Of a stretch of DNA of 64,000 nucleotides, positions 58,576 through 64,000 are shown one piece after another. Numbering within the stretch: the stretch's first letter is position 1; every line of letters starts with the position of its first letter. The position numbers were made by a program, and so were the translations under genes. The stretch is from NCBI GenBank assembly GCA_963816145.1, contig CAWFJP010000008.1:32720-96719 (forward strand), written 5' to 3'. Under the pieces are notes generated by a model that was given only the letters and a program-made list of their open reading frames with translations, ran no database searches and was not told where the DNA came from. This DNA is from an uncultured delta proteobacterium. Lineage in GTDB: Bacteria; Desulfobacterota; Binatia; UBA9968.

Positions 58576-58633
58576 GAACGGGTTCTCAGGTATCAGACTC
58601 GACCGCCCGTTTCGCTTCTGCTAGTCTCGCGCC

Positions 58634-59074
58634 ATGAGCTGGCAAGATAATCTTCTGACCGCCACTGAACAGATTCGCGATCTCATCAATACCACTAAAC
58701 GGATCGCCGTCCTCGGCATTAAGACCGACGCCCAAGCCGACCAGCCGTCAGTCTACGTGCCGCAATATATGCAGCGTGCTGGATTCGAGATCGTCCCGGT
58801 TCCGGTTTATTACCCGGACGCAACGATGATCTTAGGTGAGAAAGTTTATCGCAAATTAACCGACATTCCGGGCGACATCGACATGGTCGATGTCTTCCGC
58901 CGTGCCAACGACATCACCGGCCACATCGACGACATCCTGGTAAAAAGGCCCAAGTCGGTTTGGTTTCAATCCGGCATTCGCAACGACAACGCCGCTAATA
59001 TCTTCGCCAAAGCAGGCATCAAAGTCGTGCAAGACCGCTGACTGATGGTCGACCACCGGCGGTTCGCCGGTTAA
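58634..59074 (+). CDS. YccU-like CoA-binding protein; probable selenocysteine at TGA 59039-59041
   Basis: IAVLG, DMVDVFR, VWFQSGI motifs; KVVQDR-TGA-LMVDHRRFAG-TAA matches the family C-terminus VVxDRCLMVEHxR. Confidence 0.8.
59055..59071 (+). promoter_or_regulatory. Putative SECIS hairpin of the CoA-binding gene
   Basis: Perfect 7-bp stem ACCGGCG/CGCCGGT with loop GTT, starting 13 nt after the TGA. Confidence 0.6.
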
Positions 59075-59176
59075 TAGAAAGCGTTTCGGGTTATGAGTTT
59101 CAGGTTTCGAGTTCTAGGATTACCCGGTCTAATTCACCATGTTTGACATGGTTCTGCTTTGGTCGAAATTTGAATT

Positions 59177-59243
59177 CGTCATACCGGCGCAAGCCGGTAT
59201 CCATCCCACACTCTACTGGATTCGAGCCTGCGCCGGTATGACG
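59177..59243. repeat. Family D REP-like doublet
   Basis: CGTCATACCGGCGCAAGCCGGTATCCA ... TGGATTCGAGCCTGCGCCGGTATGACG. Confidence 0.75.
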
Positions 59244-59261
59244 GACAACGGCCATGCAATT

Positions 59262-60125
59262 TCACGCCGCCAATTTCTTCGCGTGTAGCTGCTTGGCGAT
59301 AAAATTTTTCACCATCTCATGGGCCCGGTCGGTCATCGGACCCGGGTCGTCAATCCACAGATGTTGGCAGCCGGCGAACAATTCATACTGACAGTCGCCG
59401 CCCGCCGCCCGGTAGGAGTTGGCGAATTTCTCCTGCACCGCCGGCCGCACGTTGTCGTCCAACTCGCCTTGCATGATCAGCAGCGGCGGCAACGTGACTT
59501 TCTCACCGCGGTCGAGAATCTCCTGGGGATTGGCTTCGTGGATCGTTTCCCACGGATTAAAATAGTTCCTGCTGTTCTCCATCATTTCGTGCCACCCTCG
59601 ACGCTCAGCGTTCAAGTAGCGCTCGTAGGGATTGCTCACCGGCGACCGCGTCGCGACGTAGTTAACGGTGGCATCCAGGTGCGGCGCCGCGGCGAGCTCA
59701 AGCGCGTTGTAGCGCGGATCATTTGGCCGCATCGCCGACAGCTCCACTTCATGCCCGCCGCTGGAGCTGCCCAACACGCCAATAGTCGCCGCATCGCCGT
59801 TCCACTCCCGAGCTTTGAATTTCAGCCAGCGCACGCCGTAGTTGGCATCCTGCACAGACGCCGGATACGGCGCCTCGTGAGCGCGCGTGAGATCGACGGC
59901 AACGACGAGAATTCCGCTCTGCGCCAGACTTTCGTCCATCCTCGAGTTGGCAGTCCGGTCCTTGTTATTCCAGGCCCCGCCGTGAAGATCGAGCAACACC
60001 GGAAACGGCCCGGCCCCTTGCGGCTGATAAACCCGCGCCATCAAAGTCCGCTTCGCCGCCTTGCGAAACTCGACATCCCAACTCTTGATCTCGAACTTAT
60101 TTGAAGGATTGTATGCGGTCGTCAT
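59262..60125 (-). CDS. Alpha/beta hydrolase (HSL-like esterase)
   Basis: HGGAW oxyanion motif, GSSSGG nucleophile elbow, QGELDDNV, late His. Confidence 0.88.
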   Translation of the reverse strand: MTTAYNPSNKFEIKSWDVEFRKAAKRTLMARVYQPQGAGPFPVLLDLHGGAWNNKDRTANSRMDESLAQSGILVVAVDLTRAHEAPYPASVQDANYGVRWLKFKAREWNGDAATIGVLGSSSGGHEVELSAMRPNDPRYNALELAAAPHLDATVNYVATRSPVSNPYERYLNAERRGWHEMMENSRNYFNPWETIHEANPQEILDRGEKVTLPPLLIMQGELDDNVRPAVQEKFANSYRAAGGDCQYELFAGCQHLWIDDPGPMTDRAHEMVKNFIAKQLHAKKLAA

Positions 60126-60172
60126 GATTATCACCCTCCCTCGCAACTCTTTTTTGCGTTTAATGCGGCCAA

Positions 60173-60222
60173 TCCCCCTCCTCTTTCCTCTCCCGCTTAC
60201 GGGGGAGGATGTAAGGTGGGGG
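60173..60222. repeat. Family A core hairpin without arms
   Basis: TCCCCCTCCTCTTTCCTCTCCCGCTTACGGGGGAGGATGTAAGGTGGGGG. Confidence 0.65.
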
Positions 60223-60248
60223 CTGTACTCTTTGTGGTTAATTCTTCT

Positions 60249-60824
60249 TCACGGCATCGCCGGCGTCTCGCCGACCACCCAAATATACAGCGTGCGCGAT
60301 TCGGCGTAGTCCGAGGTGCCATCAGTGGGCGGACCGATATGCTCGACGCGGGTCGGTTTCCAGTCGTCGATGTCGAAATCATGAGCGACCACGCGCGAGC
60401 CCGGTTTGAGCTTTTGCAGTTTCGGCCGCAGCGCGTTGTTGAACCATTTGAACATATACAGCGTTACCACGTTCGCTTCCGAAATGTCGACGGTGAGCCC
60501 ATCCTGGGCGCGGAACTCGACCAGGTCGCTGACGCCTTCGTTGACGGCGCTTTCCTTGGCCTTGGCCACCAACTCGGGATTGAGGTCGATGCCGACACCG
60601 CGGATGCCGTATTTCTTCGCCGCTTCGATGACGATGCGGCCGTCGCCGCTGCCCATATCGTAAAGAATATCGCCCTGCTTGATTTCTGCGACTTCGATCA
60701 TCTTGTGCACCACATGCATCGGCGAGGGCACGAAGGGAATGGAATCTTGGGCCGCGGCGACCGAATGGCCAAATAAAACCAGTACAGCGAGGAACAAAAA
60801 CCGACAACGAACCTGCATCGTCAA
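60249..60824 (-). CDS. Class I SAM-dependent methyltransferase with N-terminal signal-like segment
   Basis: PFVPSP, YDMGSGDGRIVI.AA, GVGIDL, LKPGSRVV.HDF. Confidence 0.88.
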   Translation of the reverse strand: MTMQVRCRFLFLAVLVLFGHSVAAAQDSIPFVPSPMHVVHKMIEVAEIKQGDILYDMGSGDGRIVIEAAKKYGIRGVGIDLNPELVAKAKESAVNEGVSDLVEFRAQDGLTVDISEANVVTLYMFKWFNNALRPKLQKLKPGSRVVAHDFDIDDWKPTRVEHIGPPTDGTSDYAESRTLYIWVVGETPAMP

Positions 60825-60918
60825 ACCTCCAAAGCGATTGTGAGCGTCGATTGCCAGCGAGCAAATTTATGCCGCCGCAGCAAAGTTTGTCAATGGCGGG
60901 TGGCGGTTCTTTTCGGCG

Positions 60919-60985
60919 AAATCCCTCTCTTCATTAGAGATGATGGCTAATCTAGTCTTGTCATTTCGAGCGAAGCGAGAAATCT
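60919..60985. repeat. Family C doublet (left half degenerate)
   Basis: ...TGTCATTTCGAGCGAAGCGAGAAATCT. Confidence 0.65.
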
Positions 60986-61112
60986 ATTCGAATCGCTCCC
61001 ACTTGAATACTACTGAACTGAATTATGAGCCTCTGGGGAAATTGCCGCGAAAGGTTTGTGCACAGCAAAGCGCCTGTGATAGTAGCAGCAACAGCAGTTG
61101 CGGAGGCGACCT

Positions 61113-62135
61113 ATGACTCGACGGAGGCGATTGACAGTATTATTTATCATAAGCATCGTCTTGGCAGCTTCGGCCCCGCTGATTTATGCGGCCGTACCGA
61201 CGCCGATGCTGGCGGCTTACGGCGGCCACAATGAAACCATGATCCCGATCTGGGTCGGAGCGGAAAAAGGGCTATTCCGCAAATACGGAGTCGACTTAAA
61301 TGCGCTGCAAACCCGCAGCGGCCCGATCATGATGGCGACCCTCGCCTCGGGCGGCACACCGCTGGTCTGGGCGGCGCCAAGCAGCGCGCTCAGCACGACG
61401 GCGAGCGGCTTGAAGCTCGGCTGTTTTGCCGTCGGTAATAATCACGTGCCGCGGGAAGTCATCGTCAGAAAAGGCATCGAGTCGATCGAAGACTTGCGCG
61501 GCAAGAGCTTTGGCGTGCAAAGCATCGGCGGCGGCTTTTGGATCTCGACCATGGTCGTGCTCGACGCGCTGGGCATCGACCCGGACAAATACAAACTCAA
61601 CATGCGCATCATCGGCGACACCGGCACGGTCACTCAAGCGCTGATTACCGGCAACGTCGACGCCATGGTTGTGCCCTATAGCTACGGCGATGTCGCCAAG
61701 CGCGCCGGCGCGAAGGCGCTCGCCGATGCCGGAAAGCTCAATGTGACCTATCAAGCCACCGTCATGTGCGCGCAGAAGGATTCCAGTGCGGTATCAAACG
61801 ACACCATGATCGCCTTGACCAAGGGCATCGTCGATGCGCTTGCTTACATCCTCGATCCCGCCAATAAACATGAAGTCAGCGCGGTGCTGAAAAAAAACTT
61901 GCGCTTGAGCAAGGACGAAGATGTCGAAGCGTCCTATCGTGTCTCGCGCCTGCAAATGCCCAACCTCGATGTCGCGCCAAATCTCGAAGCCTGGCGCGTC
62001 GTCAAGCGGCTGGTTGCCAAAGTGAACCCCAAAGTCGCAGACGTGGACTTGGAGCAAGTGATCAACACCGGGCCGGCGCACAATTTGGAAACCAGCGGCT
62101 TCATGGCCGAGATGAGAAAGAAACTGCCAAGATGA
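61113..62135 (+). CDS. ABC substrate-binding protein, NMT1/SsuA-like
   Basis: GGAGG RBS; PIWVG.EKGLFRKYGVD; DLRGKSFGVQSIGGG. Confidence 0.85.
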   Translation: MTRRRRLTVLFIISIVLAASAPLIYAAVPTPMLAAYGGHNETMIPIWVGAEKGLFRKYGVDLNALQTRSGPIMMATLASGGTPLVWAAPSSALSTTASGLKLGCFAVGNNHVPREVIVRKGIESIEDLRGKSFGVQSIGGGFWISTMVVLDALGIDPDKYKLNMRIIGDTGTVTQALITGNVDAMVVPYSYGDVAKRAGAKALADAGKLNVTYQATVMCAQKDSSAVSNDTMIALTKGIVDALAYILDPANKHEVSAVLKKNLRLSKDEDVEASYRVSRLQMPNLDVAPNLEAWRVVKRLVAKVNPKVADVDLEQVINTGPAHNLETSGFMAEMRKKLPR

Positions 62136-62145
62136 CAGAATTCTG

Positions 62146-62234
62146 TTCACCACGAAGACACCAAGAGCACGAAGTTAAGATAAGATGAGAAATATGTCTT
62201 CCGAACTTCGTGTCCTTCGTGCCTTCGTGGTGAA
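62146..62234. repeat. Family B inverted repeat
   Basis: TTCACCACGAAGACACCAAGAGCACGAAG ... CTTCGTGTCCTTCGTGCCTTCGTGGTGAA. Confidence 0.85.
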
Positions 62235-62300
62235 AAAATGATCTCGCATAACTATCAAAAATCAATTGTGCGACAAAATTGAAACTTAAGGAGACCCACT

Positions 62301-64000
62301 ATGCACGGCGGACAAGCTATGTTGAAGGCGATCGAACGAAGCGGCATCGATTTTATTTTGTCTTCCCCAGGATCGGAGTGGCCGCCGATGTGGGAAGCGC
62401 TGGCCGAAGCGGCGGCGCGCGGCGCGCAGAAACCCAAATATCTCAACTGCCGCCATGAAGCGGTCGCCGTCGCCATGGCGGCGGGCTATACCAAGGTGAC
62501 CAATCGGCCCCAGGTCGTCATGCTCCACGCCACCGCCGGGCCGCTCAATGCCGCAATGACGCTGCGCGCGGCGCTGCAAGAGCGCACGCCGATGGTGATC
62601 ATCAGCGGCGAGATCGCCGCCTACGGCGAGAACACCAAAGTCGCCGACCCGGGCGGCCAATGGTTGCACGACCTTACCGATCTCGGCGGCTCGCCCGATC
62701 TGTTGCGCGGCTGCGTCAAGTGGGCCGACCGGATTTCTGCCGCGGAATTGTTGGGGCCGACGCTTGAACGCGCCGTGCGCATCGCCATGGAACCGCCCAT
62801 GGGACCGGTGCTGGTCGGCATCCCGTTCGAGTGCATGATGGAACAAGTAGCAGATATCGATCATGGCAAGGCTAATGAAGTGGCGCGCGCCCATGCCGTC
62901 GACGAATCCAGCATCGACAAGGCATTGAGCCTCATCGCCGCGGCCAAGAATCCGATCGCGCTCACCGAGCATGTCGGCGGCGACCCGCGCGCCGTCGAGC
63001 GCTTCGTCGAGTTATGCGAGCTGTTCGGTATCCCGGTGATGGAAACCTACCGACCGGCATTCATGAACTTCCCGCGCACTCACCCGCTCTACCTGCATCA
63101 TGATCCTAAAGCGGTCGACGCGGCGGATTTGATTTTGATGGTCGACGCCGTCACGCCTTGGTATCCGGCGAGCAAAGCGCCCAAGAACGCCAAAGTCATT
63201 GCCATCGCCGATGAGTTTCCCAACTCTCGGTTGCCCTACTGGGGCTACAATGTCGATCTCGCGCTCGCCGCGCCGCCGGCATCGACCCTCGGGCAACTGG
63301 TTAAAAAAGCCAAGGCATCGGAGCAAGTCGCCGCCAATCGCGCGAGCTATGAAGCGCGTGCCGCGCGCACGCGCGAGCAGCACGACACTTACTTCGGCAA
63401 GTTGAAAGAGGAAGCGCAAAAGCATGCCGGCGACGAGCCAATTGACCCGCGCTGGGCGGTGCAGGCGCTCGGACAAGCACTGCCGGCCAATTCAGTGATC
63501 TCCGAAGAGACGACAGTCTACCGCGGCTTGATCCAAGAAATGATTCCACGCGACAAGACACAATCCTATTTCGCGCGGATCACCGGTGGACTCGGCGTCG
63601 GTTTGAGCTATGCGTTAGGGGTGAAGTTAGCGATGCCGGACCGGCCGGTCTTCGCGCTCATCGGCGATGGCGCCTTTCATTACAACGCCGTGCCCTCCTG
63701 CTTGGGCGTCGCCGAAGAATACGGCCTGCCGATCCACTGCGTGATCTTCAACAACGGCCGCTATCTGTCGATGGAGACGAGCTTGATCAAATACTTCCCC
63801 ACTGGCTCGGCGAAAACCACCGGCGTCCACTTCGGCGCCGAGATTGGCCCCCGGCCGGACTATCAGCATTACGCCAAAGCCCATGGCGGCGAAGGCTTCC
63901 GTGTCACCAAGCCAGGTGAAATCAAGAACGCCGTCGAGCAGGCGTTGAAGTGTGAGAAGGAAAAGAAATTAACGGTGATCGATCTGGTGCTGAGCGATTT
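62301..64000 (+). CDS. Thiamine pyrophosphate-binding enzyme, 3'-truncated by the window edge (absent from the ORF track)
   Basis: AAGGAG RBS; MHGGQAML..SPGSEWPP.WEA..CRHEAVAV.MAAGY; GDGAFHYN..IFNN; frame still open at the window end; paralog of 31915-33603. Confidence 0.88.
   Translation, partial: MHGGQAMLKAIERSGIDFILSSPGSEWPPMWEALAEAAARGAQKPKYLNCRHEAVAVAMAAGYTKVTNRPQVVMLHATAGPLNAAMTLRAALQERTPMVIISGEIAAYGENTKVADPGGQWLHDLTDLGGSPDLLRGCVKWADRISAAELLGPTLERAVRIAMEPPMGPVLVGIPFECMMEQVADIDHGKANEVARAHAVDESSIDKALSLIAAAKNPIALTEHVGGDPRAVERFVELCELFGIPVMETYRPAFMNFPRTHPLYLHHDPKAVDAADLILMVDAVTPWYPASKAPKNAKVIAIADEFPNSRLPYWGYNVDLALAAPPASTLGQLVKKAKASEQVAANRASYEARAARTREQHDTYFGKLKEEAQKHAGDEPIDPRWAVQALGQALPANSVISEETTVYRGLIQEMIPRDKTQSYFARITGGLGVGLSYALGVKLAMPDRPVFALIGDGAFHYNAVPSCLGVAEEYGLPIHCVIFNNGRYLSMETSLIKYFPTGSAKTTGVHFGAEIGPRPDYQHYAKAHGGEGFRVTKPGEIKNAVEQALKCEKEKKLTVIDLVLSD

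Overview
GC-rich bacterial chromosomal window. Its gene content (expanded solute-binding proteins, amidohydrolases, TPP enzymes) resembles uncultured Candidatus Binatia/Deltaproteobacteria-like genomes; this is inference only. No rRNA, tRNA, CRISPR, integrase or transposase gene was seen. Contents in order: (1) 257-10708, seven TctC/Bug paralogs around one tctA-tctB pair, with six junctions filled by one palindromic repeat family; (2) an MBOAT-like gene; (3) a two-gene GrdE-like/GrdB-like reductase whose B subunit has an in-frame TGA followed by a SECIS-like hairpin; (4) 15950-25840, a tandem array of ABC_sub_bind-type binding proteins interleaved with three antisense toxin-antitoxin pairs and decayed copies; (5) catabolic genes (UbiD, gentisate-dioxygenase-like cupin, deiodinase-like redoxin, amidohydrolases, TPP enzymes, CoxL-like subunit) with more orphan binding proteins. 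Most notable: a YccU-type CoA-binding protein (58634-59074) has TGA exactly at the family's conserved DRC cysteine, followed by a hairpin matching the GrdB one, making it a candidate unconventional selenoprotein. Many intergenic gaps hold nested non-autonomous palindromic elements. Several single-base frameshifts look like long-read indel errors.
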